Assembly: GCF_036321535.1 (NCBI RefSeq)
Contig: NC_087444.1
Location: 69,626,001-69,690,000 of the forward strand
DNA length: 64,000 bases
From: Camelus dromedarius
Lineage: Eukaryota
Direction: 5' to 3'
Of this stretch, positions 28,708 to 63,400 are shown piece after piece. A model generated the notes under the pieces. The model made no database searches, was not told the origin of the DNA, and worked only from the letters and a program-made list of their open reading frames with translations. A program made the translations under genes and the position numbers. Within the stretch, counting starts at the first letter, position 1; the number at the start of each line of letters is the position of its first letter.

Positions 28708-28961
28708 TGTCCATCACTTCACTGCTCCTGGAACCTGGGACCTGGAGGCTACAGTAACAGCCCCACTTTATGGGACGGTCAGAATGAGTAGATTCACTCA
28801 ATAAATGCACACTCCTAGAGTGTCTTCCTGGGGGCGGGGTGGGGTCTGTACCGACCTCCCCCCATGGGCCCAGGGACTGACTAGCAGGTTGGGGGTCCCT
28901 GCAGCTCTGGGACCAGCTCACTCCGGCACACAATGACAGATAGGCAGGGCCAGGCTGCTGG

Positions 28962-28967
28962 TTTATT
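28962..28967 (-). terminator. EXOSC5 candidate proximal poly(A) signal AATAAA
   Basis: tttatt on +, about 67 nt after the stop codon. Confidence 0.45.
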
Positions 28968-29034
28968 TGTCGCTGGAGGTGGTAGGTGGCAGTGGCGGGA
29001 GGGCGCCCTGCCCTGGCTTGCCTCAGCTCTTGCC

Positions 29035-36608
<7,574 letters not shown>

Positions 36609-37114
36609 CGCCCCGGACCCCACGTGCAGCGGGGATTCTCGCTTCCGCACAGAAGCGCGCGCTTGCGTACACACTGCGTACCCAGTGCGCACGCGCCGCC
36701 GGGGGCTCCAGAATCCGCGCCTACACGTGGCTCCGCGTTTACTAACAATCTGGTCGCTCTCACTCCCGCCTCGAAAGTCCAGGAAAGCCATTGGACAGAA
36801 GAGAAAAGAGGGCGGGCCTTGGCATGAGCTCGTCCTACCCGAGGCCCCCGGGCCCTGAAACCCTGGGGCTCTAGCCAGATTGCCCTCTTCTTTGCCTGTT
36901 ACAGAAACAACTACGACGAGGCGGTCTGAGTAACTTTGGGGGAAGCTGTATTGTTTTATCCCCCTACATATGTGTCCTACAGACCACAGGACTAGTAGCA
37001 GGTGGTTTCTTGGCAGGATGATTTGGCATTTGAGTCAGGCTCATGAAGGGGCAGCCTCAGTCTCCCCAGTCTCGCGAGGAGAGGGGGCGGGTCGCCCAAG
37101 GATTGTTAGTCAAG
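36609..37114. promoter_or_regulatory. Bidirectional EXOSC5/BCKDHA promoter (506 bp between the start codons)
   Basis: Divergent ATGs; NRF1-like TGCGCACGCGC at about 36686; CCAAT 36794-36790; GC boxes at about 36810 and 37083; YY1-like CAAGATGGCG 37111-37120. Confidence 0.85.
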
Positions 37115-53923
<16,809 letters not shown>

Positions 53924-54235
53924 GGCCGCTCGCCCCACCCGCCTCAACCACCCCAAGGGGCAGAGGGGACTGGAGGGACGCTACTCCTTCCACACACAGC
54001 CCCCTCAAAATACTCAGGCCAGGCCAGTACCGGGTGGCTCCTGCTCACCATCCCCGCGCCTACAGGCTGTTACATTGGTGGGGCCTCGTCAGCCCCCTCT
54101 CCGGCTTTTGTTACAGGGCCTTCTCTCGGGGGCTGGGCCAGGGCCCCTCGAGGACTGGAAGCCCCTTCTGGGCTGGGGGTGGATGTGGCAGCTCAGCCTG
54201 TGGGATTCAGAGTGTGAGGTGGTCAGCAGGGAGTG

Positions 54236-54241
54236 AATAAA
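54236..54241 (+). terminator. BCKDHA poly(A) signal AATAAA
   Basis: Canonical hexamer about 310 nt after the stop codon, followed by a U/C-rich tract. Confidence 0.8.
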
Positions 54242-54830
54242 CTGTCTCTCTGCCTTTGGCTCCGTGCCACCTCTGGTCTCCGTCTCCTGGAGTTTGGGAC
54301 GTGGTAGGAGAGTCCAGCATGACTGATTTGGGGCCACCCCCACTTCTCCACTTGAGATAAATGAAGCCTAGGCTGTTGAGCTATCTATTTCCCTTGGAAA
54401 CTTCTGCAAGCTGGAGGGTCAGCTTCAGCAGACAGGTAGGGGTGGGGGACCTACAGAGATGGGCTCCTGTCTCCCATAGAATAGGGACAGGCTGGTGTCC
54501 AGCACAGTGACCAGGAGGCCATCGGGGCTGGCCTTGCACATTAAGGATGGGGAGGGTGTCTGATGTGAAGATCAGGGTACAGATGAGTTCTGCTCTGTAA
54601 AACCCCCTGGTACCCTTCAGATACAAGCGACTCCAGGCCTCAGGAGGGAAAGCGTATTTTTAAAAAACAAAGACGGAAAGTCCGTTGCCTCTTGGGGAGG
54701 CCTCTGGCCTGGGGAGGCCCAGGAGGGGCTCGAGCAGGCTCCATTTCACACCGAGGACTGGAAGGAGAGGCTGAGCCAAGGGCCGGTGCCGAGGCCCAGG
54801 CCAGGTCTGCCTGCCCCTCCCTGCCGAGGC

Positions 54831-56024
54831 TCAGCACTGGAGCTGAGGGTCCTGCAGCTGTTTCCAGAGCCGGATGCTGTCCTGGGGGCTGAGGGGCCGC
54901 ACCAGCAGCAGGTCGCGGAAGGCACAGGGGTCAGCGGTGCGGTCCGCTGGCCAGGCCGTAAGGAAGCCTTTGTGGGTCCTGGGCACCAGGCCCAGGGCTT
55001 GGAAGCACAGGCCTGTGTAGACGTCGTCAAAGGGGAAGGGGGCCACGCGGGCTGCTGCCTGCAGCAGCCAGGGTGCCAGGCGCCCGGCGATGACATAGCC
55101 GCCCCCGCTCGCGTAGGCCGGGTAGCTGCCTTCGAAGAAGGACCCAGGCACGTAGAAGGGTCCTCCAGGCTTCCGGAGGGGCTTGGCCTGGGTGAAGACC
55201 TCGCCCAGATAGAGGACTCTGGCCCTGCTGGGCGGCAGGGCCCGCAGGTGGTCCAGCAGGGCAGGGATGTGTACGAAGGCGTCGTCCTGGGTTCGCAGGA
55301 CAAAACGCACACTGGGGCAGTGGTGGCCAAGCCAGGCCAGCAGCAGCAGGTCTTTGAGCGTCTGGTTGAAGGGGACGTCGAGGAAGTCCCAGAGCAGCAG
55401 GTCGCTGTAGCGGCGGCTCTCCCAGGCCGCCAGGGAGCCTAAGTCAGGCCCCCTCTTGCCTTCCGGAGACCCCAGCAGGAAGAGCAGCCGGACCCCCGGA
55501 GCCGGCCCGCCCCATGTCTCCCTCACGGCCTGTCGTTCCGCGAAGCGCCCTGGTTCCGACTTGACGGCCAGTAGCAGATAGGGGACGTCAGAATCCTTGC
55601 AGCTGGCCACTTGGCCGCCGCCACCCCCAGGCAGCCACCGTGGGAAGCTCCGGCAGGCTGCCGACAGCAAGAAGTGGCGGAGGTCCTCAGGGTAGGAGGT
55701 GAAGTCTGGGATCTCGGCAGCAGCAGCAGCCCCCCAGGCATTGCAGTCTCCCGCCTCAGTGCTGTCCCCGCTGGGCAGGGTCCCCAGCCGCCACTGCTGC
55801 TGGTTCCAGTAAGCCATGGGCAGCGGGCCAGTTTGGCCCAGACGAGCTGAAAGGTTAGCCGGCAGGGTGGGCTCAGGGCAGGCTGGCGTGGGGCCTGGCG
55901 GGGTGCTGCGGGGTCCGGGGTAGGCCTTGCTAAGCCGAGGCTCTGACGTCCATTCGATGTACACTTTGAGGCCCAAGAGTGTGAGCAGTGCTGACAGGCA
56001 GAGGAGGCACTTGGGGCAGCGCAT
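54831..56024 (-). CDS. B3GNT8: UDP-GlcNAc:betaGal beta-1,3-N-acetylglucosaminyltransferase 8 (GT31, type II membrane protein), 397 aa, single coding exon
   Basis: MRCPKCLLCLSALLTLLGLKVYIEW signal anchor; LLLAVKS, RQAVRETWG, NQTLKD, QDDAFV (DxD region), GGGYV, FDDVYTG; ends QLQC*. Acceptor-like cccacag at 56048. Confidence 0.98.
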   Translation of the reverse strand: MRCPKCLLCLSALLTLLGLKVYIEWTSEPRLSKAYPGPRSTPPGPTPACPEPTLPANLSARLGQTGPLPMAYWNQQQWRLGTLPSGDSTEAGDCNAWGAAAAAEIPDFTSYPEDLRHFLLSAACRSFPRWLPGGGGGQVASCKDSDVPYLLLAVKSEPGRFAERQAVRETWGGPAPGVRLLFLLGSPEGKRGPDLGSLAAWESRRYSDLLLWDFLDVPFNQTLKDLLLLAWLGHHCPSVRFVLRTQDDAFVHIPALLDHLRALPPSRARVLYLGEVFTQAKPLRKPGGPFYVPGSFFEGSYPAYASGGGYVIAGRLAPWLLQAAARVAPFPFDDVYTGLCFQALGLVPRTHKGFLTAWPADRTADPCAFRDLLLVRPLSPQDSIRLWKQLQDPQLQC

Positions 56025-57755
56025 GACCCGACCCAGGGAAGGGGCAGCTGTGGGAGCTGCAAAGGAACCACAGAGGCCTTTGGGGTGCAGGGATGAGCCC
56101 TCCAGCCCCTGCCAACCCCAGTAAGGCTTCTCACAGTCCCAGACCCTAAACCAGCCCTCCACCAAGGACTTTCCCCTCTTCCTGGACTTGTGGATCCCTG
56201 CTCCCATTCCAACACCCTGCTCTTCCACCATCAGCCCAGCTCCTTCCACCTTCCTAGAAACTCAGGAGGCTGCCTCTTCCTCATCCTCAACCCCATCCCC
56301 ACCCTAGAGACCGGTACTCCGCCCTTCCAACCTTCTCCCACCAGTTCATCCCCCTTACCGGGAGTCAGGATCACAGGGTCCCCTCCTTCCACCTTCGTGG
56401 AAACCAGAAACCAGCCTCCCTCTACCGCCCAAGTCCTCACCCCAGGCGCTGCTCTGTCTTTACCTCCGGGTCCGGCTCCCGCCAGCTCCAGCGCCCTGGG
56501 CCTCTGGTCCGGCCCTCCCTGCCGCCTCCCCTGCCCTCGTCCTGGAGCTACTGCCCTTGTTCTCCAGCCCAGCTGGTCGGCGGGGCGGGGAGGGGAGCTA
56601 GAGGCTGGGAGGGCCCCAGGGGCCGGGAGGGGCTGGGGCGGGGCTGAGGGAGGAGGGGAGAGGGAACGGGGAGGAGGGCAGGAGGGCAGGAGGCCAACCT
56701 GAGAGATGGGGCTCTGACGTGTTAGGGCTGGTTTTCTGGTGAGGCAGCGGGAAAGGTGCCGGGGTGGCTGCAGAGACTGACGGGGGGCCAGCAGGCCGGG
56801 GAGGGGAGAACCAGGGGCCCCGGAGAGAGCCCGAGGGAGGCTGAGGCTGAGGGCTGGTGGAGCCATGGGCAGAGGGCCCAGGGACAGAGAGAGTCCTAAA
56901 GTGGCAGCGCCTGGCCGGGGGTGGAGGGCGGGGCGGAGGTGAATGTGCTGAGAGGGCACGGGTGGCCCTGCCAGTGGTAGGGGGTGTCGTCATCGGCCCT
57001 CCCCCCCAGTCAGGGTGGGGGTTGGGAAGGGGGCTGGGGGGGAGGAGGAGGAGAGACGGGCAGAGATAGACAGTGCAGAGAAGAGACAGCCAGGGAGAGG
57101 CAAAGAGGACTTGGGGAGGCAAAGAGGAAAGAGCTGCCAGGAGAGGAGATGGGAAAGTGGAGTCGGAGGAGGAGGGAAATGGAGACAGCGAGTGAGAGAA
57201 AAGAGGAGCCCCTGTTGGGGAGGGTAGAAAGGGACATGAGGAGAGGCAGGTGGAGGGACGCAGGGTGGGGGACAGAGCCTCAGCCAGGGAGAGGCCGAGA
57301 AGGGAGCCAGAGAAGGGAGCCAGAGCTGCCAGGAGTGGGGCAGATGGAAGGGGTGGGTGGAGCATGAGCCAGGCTAGAGGGCAGTGAAGGGTGATGGGTG
57401 GGGGAACCAGGAGCCCTGGAGCTAAGCTGACCCCTGCACCTCCTCTGTCCCCTTGGGTGCCTGGGCTGCCTGCCCAGTGGGGCGGGAATCCCTCACTCCA
57501 GCCCCGGCCTTGTCTCCAGCTGCACCGTGACTCCAGGAACACTCACATCCGGCCCCCTGGGATGGGAGAGAGTGTCTGCCTGTGTTTACATCCCTGCCCT
57601 CCAGAGGCCCCTGCTGTTGAGGCTGCATCAGCTGTCTGGGGAGGCAGGCAGGGGGGCCTCCTCATTCCAGACCTCCTGGGGTGGGGCAGAAGGCCCCTCA
57701 GCGAGCCTGGCCTGACACCCTTCACCCCACCCAGGCTGGGGACTGCCGATCATCT

Positions 57756-57782
57756 CAGCAGCAGCAGCAGCAGCAGCAGCAG
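57756..57782. repeat. (CAG)9 / (CTG)9 trinucleotide repeat
   Basis: Nine perfect units. Confidence 0.95.
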
Positions 57783-59400
57783 TTGATTATCTGTCCAGCA
57801 CTGATTCCCTCCCTGCCAGGTTTGAATAATGGAGCCCACGGGACCAGCTGGGGGAAGTGAGTGCAGAGGAGGTGGGAAATATTGATGGAATAAAAGCTAG
57901 AATGGGCTGGGGTCAGGGCCCTGAGCATCCCTGGAAGGGGCCTTCAAGCCTCCCCCAGACCAGGATGGGGGTCCAGGCCCCCTAACTCTCTGCTCATCTA
58001 GCAGAGCAGAGAACCTCCCAGGGCCTGGAGGTTCTTCGATCTGGGCAGCTGCCCCTCCTGGGAGTGGTGGGAAGTCTCGAAGCAGAGGGTTTTGGTTGCT
58101 GTGTGCATCAGTCTGCAGACACCCGATGAGGAGAGAGAAACCACCCAGCAACTGTAACAGGTACAGTCGAATTTCAAGAATGAAGAGGTGCCTTGTGGAG
58201 CATGGTTGAGGGGGATGTGCAGGTAGAACACGGTGAACACAACCCAGCATTCCTGCCTCCCGAGCCTTCAGGTCCCTCTCCAGATGATGCTGGGGCAGTT
58301 CTGGCTTCTCGCCCGCCTTAGGGATTGTAGGTCACTGTTGAGTCCAAATTCCAGTCAGCCAACCTAGAAAAGCTGTCAGGACTACCCCCGGCTGCACTAG
58401 CTAACTCGTTACATCTAGATCTAGTACTAAAGTGCCCTCCTGTCAGTGAACTTGGCCCCAGCCAGTGAGATCTGCCCTCACTGGCTAACACCCTGAGGAC
58501 CCACTCCTGCACAGGTTCCCCAGGGTTCTGACACTACATGTTTGCAAGTCTTCCCCTTTTCGTGTCAAAGCTGTTGCCTTCGGGTCATAGTGAGCACCTG
58601 TCCCCCGGAGTGCGCCGAGACTTGACCCTCGGTATTTCTGGGTCTAGTGACAGCAGCGGGTGCTTGTGGAAGTCTTAAGAGCAGTCACCCTTTTCAGGGC
58701 GTCTGCCCCAGGAGAGGTCAGCACAGGGCTTCCAGGGCAGGGATCCCCGGTGGTCTCAGACACTGGCAAGGGGGGGCCTGCAGCAACCGGGGGGTTCAAG
58801 AATCTGATTCCTTTGGGCCCAACCAGATGACCTGATTCCAAATTTCTGGGTCCCACTGTTTACCAGTCAGTGTCCTTACTTTTACATGAGAAACTTCTCA
58901 AGACCATGAAGTCAGCTGTTGCACCTTAGCAACTTACAAACTTCTGTGGAAAAAGCACATTTATCAGCCCTGGAGCTAAAAGTAAGAACTGTGGTGGGGG
59001 CTGTCACGAGGGCTTTCCAGTTCTGAGACAGTGACCTGAGCTGGGTGCTCCAAGTCACTCCAGGGAACCCGCCCAGCACTGTCTTTAGGGCTGTCATCAC
59101 TGCCACAGGTCAGCACAGCAGCCTAGGAGCCCCCAGGGCACGCCCTTCAGTTGGCGCCTCATCACAACCCGAGAGGAAGCCCCTCAGATGCTGCTGCTGC
59201 TGCTGCATGCCCTGGGTTCTTCCTGTGCCTCTGCCCGTTGCCAGGGGCTTCTGCGCTGCCCTCAAGTCAGAGGCAGGAAAAACCAACTCCCAAATCCTGT
59301 CCCTCTGAGTTTATCTCTGGGAACTCTCCGGATGCCAGTCCTGTATCAGTTTGGATCCAATCCAGAGAGAAAAACTACATAGTGCTTTGAACAGGGAAAG

Positions 59401-59406
59401 TTTAAT
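59401..59406 (-). terminator. DMAC2 candidate poly(A) signal ATTAAA
   Basis: tttaat on +, in an AU-rich patch about 900 nt after the stop codon. Confidence 0.55.
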
Positions 59407-59640
59407 ATAAAGAATTATTGACTTTAACAGCAAACTGAAACAGGAAGGGATTCGTTGGTAAGGTGCCTCAGAATTTACTGGAAATCCACGTTCAGAGGTG
59501 TGGTGAGGCATTCAGGGAGGTGTCTCCGTGCAGGCGCTCCTGCGTGAAACTGCGGGGGTGTGTGTGGGGCGGTGTGTTGCCGGGGGTGCTGCTGACCACC
59601 TGGGGCTTCAGGAACCAGGCACTGGGGAAGCCGAGCCAGC

Positions 59641-59654
59641 ACTGCAGGGGGCGC
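59641..59654 (+). promoter_or_regulatory. Possible CTCF site ACTGCAGGGGGCGC
   Basis: 12/14 match to CCASYAGRKGGCRS by eye; motif only. Confidence 0.3.
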
Positions 59655-60311
59655 CGCGCTGCACACCTGAGCCAGGAAGCAAAAGCCTTTCCCTTGACGA
59701 GGAACGTCTTCCCAGTGCCCTCTGCTGGCAAACCTGATCACGCCAGTTAGCAAGGGAAAAATATTTCTAAGGGCCACATCAATTTTCACAGAGCAAACAA
59801 GAAAGTTGAATTTGGAGCTGAGTCAGTAATGCAATAAGCAGGAACACCGTGGACCTGAGGCGCTCCCAGCCTTTACTGGTGTGGACCACGCCTGGGTCCT
59901 GCGGTGAGCTGAGTCCCACACAGGGAAGCGCACCCTGTAAAACGTGGGTAGCAGCCCCTGTTTGGTCAGGTCCCGGCAGGAAACAGCAGCACATGCAAAT
60001 GGGATAATTTGACCAGAGTTTTCTTGACATAGTGGTGGGCACGGTGTGGGGAAGCCCCCACCTCCCCCAGGCCTGCAGAGGCAGGAGGAGGTTGTGAACT
60101 GGAAGGAGGGACGCGTGCCTGACAGGGGCTGTGACCTTCCGCCCAAGGTACAGAGCCCCCTGGGTTGGGGAGTAAATACCCCGCCTCACACTCTTTCCCT
60201 CCATCCCACCAGGGCCCCTCAGCCCGCCCGACCCCCACGTTGGTGAGACCGGCTAGAAGCCAGAACTGGGCTGTCGGCCCCTCAGCGCAGCCCTGCTGAC
60301 GCAGGCTGAGT

Positions 60312-60492
60312 CTAGGCAGGGATGGGGCTGCTGGCTGTGTCCTGCGACTGCTCCTCCAGCCCCAACTTGAGGCCCTGGGCCCAGCCAGCCCCCAGAACCT
60401 CACAGTTGGGCAGCATCTCCTCCACCAAGATCTGAGTGAGGCCCGGGTTGGACACAGCAGGGAGGTGGGAGATGTCCAGCCTGCGGAGGTTC
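60312..60492 (-). CDS. DMAC2: DMAC2 exon 6 CDS (181 bp)
   Basis: cag/G NLRRLDIS...SSPIPA TAG. Confidence 0.95.
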
Positions 60493-63400
60493 CTGAGGAG
60501 GCAAGATGGGGGAGGCCCGCCTAAGGACGGCGTGTCTGCATCAGGGTAGGGAGGGGGTTGCCCCCGCCCCCACTTCAACCCCCAGCTTCCTAAAATAAAA
60601 GTCTGAGGGCCCAAGTACATGAGACCCACCATGTTAGTTACAGACACCTCTGGCTCCTCTTGTTTTGCAACAGTGTAAATATCATGGAGTTCCATTAAAA
60701 CAAAAAAACCAGGGGTCCTCCGTTCTCCCAGGGGTCTGCCGTGCTGCTCAGCTGTGCTCATCACCACAAACACTGACTCTGTCCTGGAGGCAGGAATGCG
60801 GGAGCTGCCCAGCGGCGCCCCCTCCCCACTCCCTCTCCCATGTATCTGTGCTGGGTGGTAGCGCCTCGCCTGGCCTGGGGCCCAGCCTGAGCTGAGGTCT
60901 CACCAGAGGTGGTGGAGGCAGGCGAGGCCCCGTTCAGAGATTCGGGGGCAACCAGCCAGCGAGAGCTCCTGCAGTGAGTCGGCCAGCTGGTGGAGGCGGC
61001 TAAGACACCAGTCATCCACGTGGGGACAGCACCGCAGCGACAGGGACTGGAGCTCCTTCAGGGCCACTAGAGGGGGGAGAGGGCAGATGGCACCGAGGGC
61101 CCTTCTGGAGCTCACCACGAAAGGGAAAGTGCAGAGCCCTGCCCATCCCCACCCCCCACTCACAGAGGTGGTCCAGGCCTTGGTAGTTGATGGCACAGCC
61201 ACTGGCATCGACAGCCTCTATGGGCACCGCCCGGAACTCCCAGAACTCAAGAAAGGACAGGCCACGCCCACTTGACCGCATCCACTCCTTGTCCTGAAAC
61301 CTGGAAAGGAAGACAGGGTTTGCAGGGTACCCTACCCCTCCCTAGGCCACCAACTTCTTGAGAACACTCGCAGCCCATATAACACAACGACTGTACTGGG
61401 CCTGGCGCACTTACTATATTCCAGGCCCTGGACTAAGGGCTTTACGTGTCTGGTCTCATTGGATCCCCTGACAACCCCATCAAAGATGGAAGGTTTGGCC
61501 AATTTTACATACCTGGAAGCTGAGGGTCAAAGAGATTACTGATAACAGAAGAGAATAGAGCTCTAAGACCAGACTCCCTGTAGATGGGCAAAAGTTGAGG
61601 CATTTCCAGGTGCTGGAGGGAGTGTTCAAACCAAGTGAGAATCTTAACTGGAACCAAGATGAGGGGTTGATGAAGCTTACATGAATTTTGTTTTTCAAAA
61701 AAGTAAAGGTAGGGGTGAAGGTAGAGCGCATACCTAGCACGCATGAAGTTCTGGGTTCAATCCCCAGTACCTCCATTAAAAATAAATAAATAAATAAAGC
61801 TAACTACCTCCCCCCAAAACAAAAACATATATAATAAAATATTTAAAAGGCAGAAAAAAGGGAGGAGGAGGAGGAAGGTAAGAATGAGAAAGGAAGGGGG
61901 AAAGAGCAAAGAAAAGCAGCACCAACACTGACTGAGCACACGTGCCAGGCCGGGCCTGTTACAACTGTCTGGATTGCAAAATGGCTTTGAATCTTTACAG
62001 CAAACCCATTTTACAGATGACAAAACTGAAGCTCAGGAACAAGTCCCAAGTCACACAGCTAGGAGGGGACAGAGACTGGGGGGCGCACAGAAGCCTGTCT
62101 GACTGAAGAGCCTGGGGCTTGGAGCCGCTCTCCCGCCTCCCCCAACCCCATTCTGCACCTTTGCCGTCATACTTGACTGCGCCTCCCTGCTTCAGGATGA
62201 AGTGGGCACCTGCCACGTACGGGCCGTATCGCTCCTTGATGTAGGTGAAGGACCTGCCGGGAGGAGAGTGAGGATAAGGCTTGGCAGCACCACACCCGTC
62301 GTCAGGCCCCGGCGCTGCTGACACGGTCAGAGTCCACAGCACAAGACGCAGGCAGGCAGGCAGGGGGACACACACACTCAGACTGCAAATATTTACTGAG
62401 TGCCTGTTAGGTGCTGGGCACCAGGGGACGGTGGTGATCAAGGCAGATAACCAGCCCCGCCCTTGTGAAGTTATTTCACTGGGGGAAACAGGTAACAAAC
62501 TGCAGAGTATCAATTCCATGATGATCTTAACACAGAAGAACAGACTAGGAGTGGGCTGGGTCAGGGGTAGGGACAGAGGAGGCTAATTTAGTTTGGGTGT
62601 TAAGAAATGCTTCTTAGGAATAAAGAGTTATATTCAAATGAAAAGTTCTGTTCTATTTCATGACATGTCATTCTAGCCACATAAAAATAATCTTGAGGAA
62701 ACTTATTTCAGAATAACAGTTTTATATTTGTGTAGTAATTAATATTCATGCACCTACTGAAACCCAGAAAGCCTGATTCTGAATGAACTATGAATGTCAT
62801 CAAAAAATGTAGCAAATATTTCACAGTATAAAAATCACTAATAAAAATGATGTAATGATAGGAAAAAAAGGAAGAAATGCTTCTTGAAGGAGATGACACT
62901 TGAGCAGAGAATGAGTGGGAGAAGGAACGCAGATGTCAAGGCAAGAGTCTGCCAGGCCAAGGAACGGCGAGTGCAAAGGCTTGGAGGCTTGAATTAGGAT
63001 GGCTGAACGAACAGCAGTAAGGCCATCAGCTGACGGGGTTGGGGGAGTCTCTGGTGGAGGTCTCAAAGCTCAGTAGGGGCCAGGTTTTCAGCCTCAGAGT
63101 TTGGCTTTTATTCTAGTTGCTACTGGAAACCATTTGAGGGTTTGAGGCAAAGCAGTCATGTGACCCATTCTGCTCTCTGAAGAGTCCTCTGGCTGCTCTG
63201 GAGACTATGACAGACTGTAGGGGCAAGAGGTGACCAGGTAAGAGATGACCGCTGGGCAAACCTGTGACATTCTAGTATTTTACTGATGGACTGGATGTGG
63301 ACGGAAGGGATGGAAAGAGAGGAATCAGGGATGACTCCTCAGAATGTGGCTGTTCACTGGGATGGAGAAGGCTTGGGGTGAGAAGACTTTCTAGGGGGAA

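Noticed and set aside
28800-28805. + strand AATAAA as a distal TMEM91 poly(A) site
   Set aside because: The context CTCAATAAATG resembles a MIR/L2 tail, and no supporting exon was seen.
54746-55442. Antisense and alternative-frame ORFs (194 and 218 aa) within B3GNT8
   Set aside because: Shadows of a GC3-rich coding exon.
56025-56249. 75-aa N-terminal extension of B3GNT8 in the ORF track
   Set aside because: The track starts at GTG, an acceptor-like site lies at 56048, and MRCPKC with its signal anchor matches the known N-terminus.
56231-57542. Long Pro/Ser/Leu-rich ORFs (242 and 314 aa)
   Set aside because: Translations of a pyrimidine-rich low-complexity strand.
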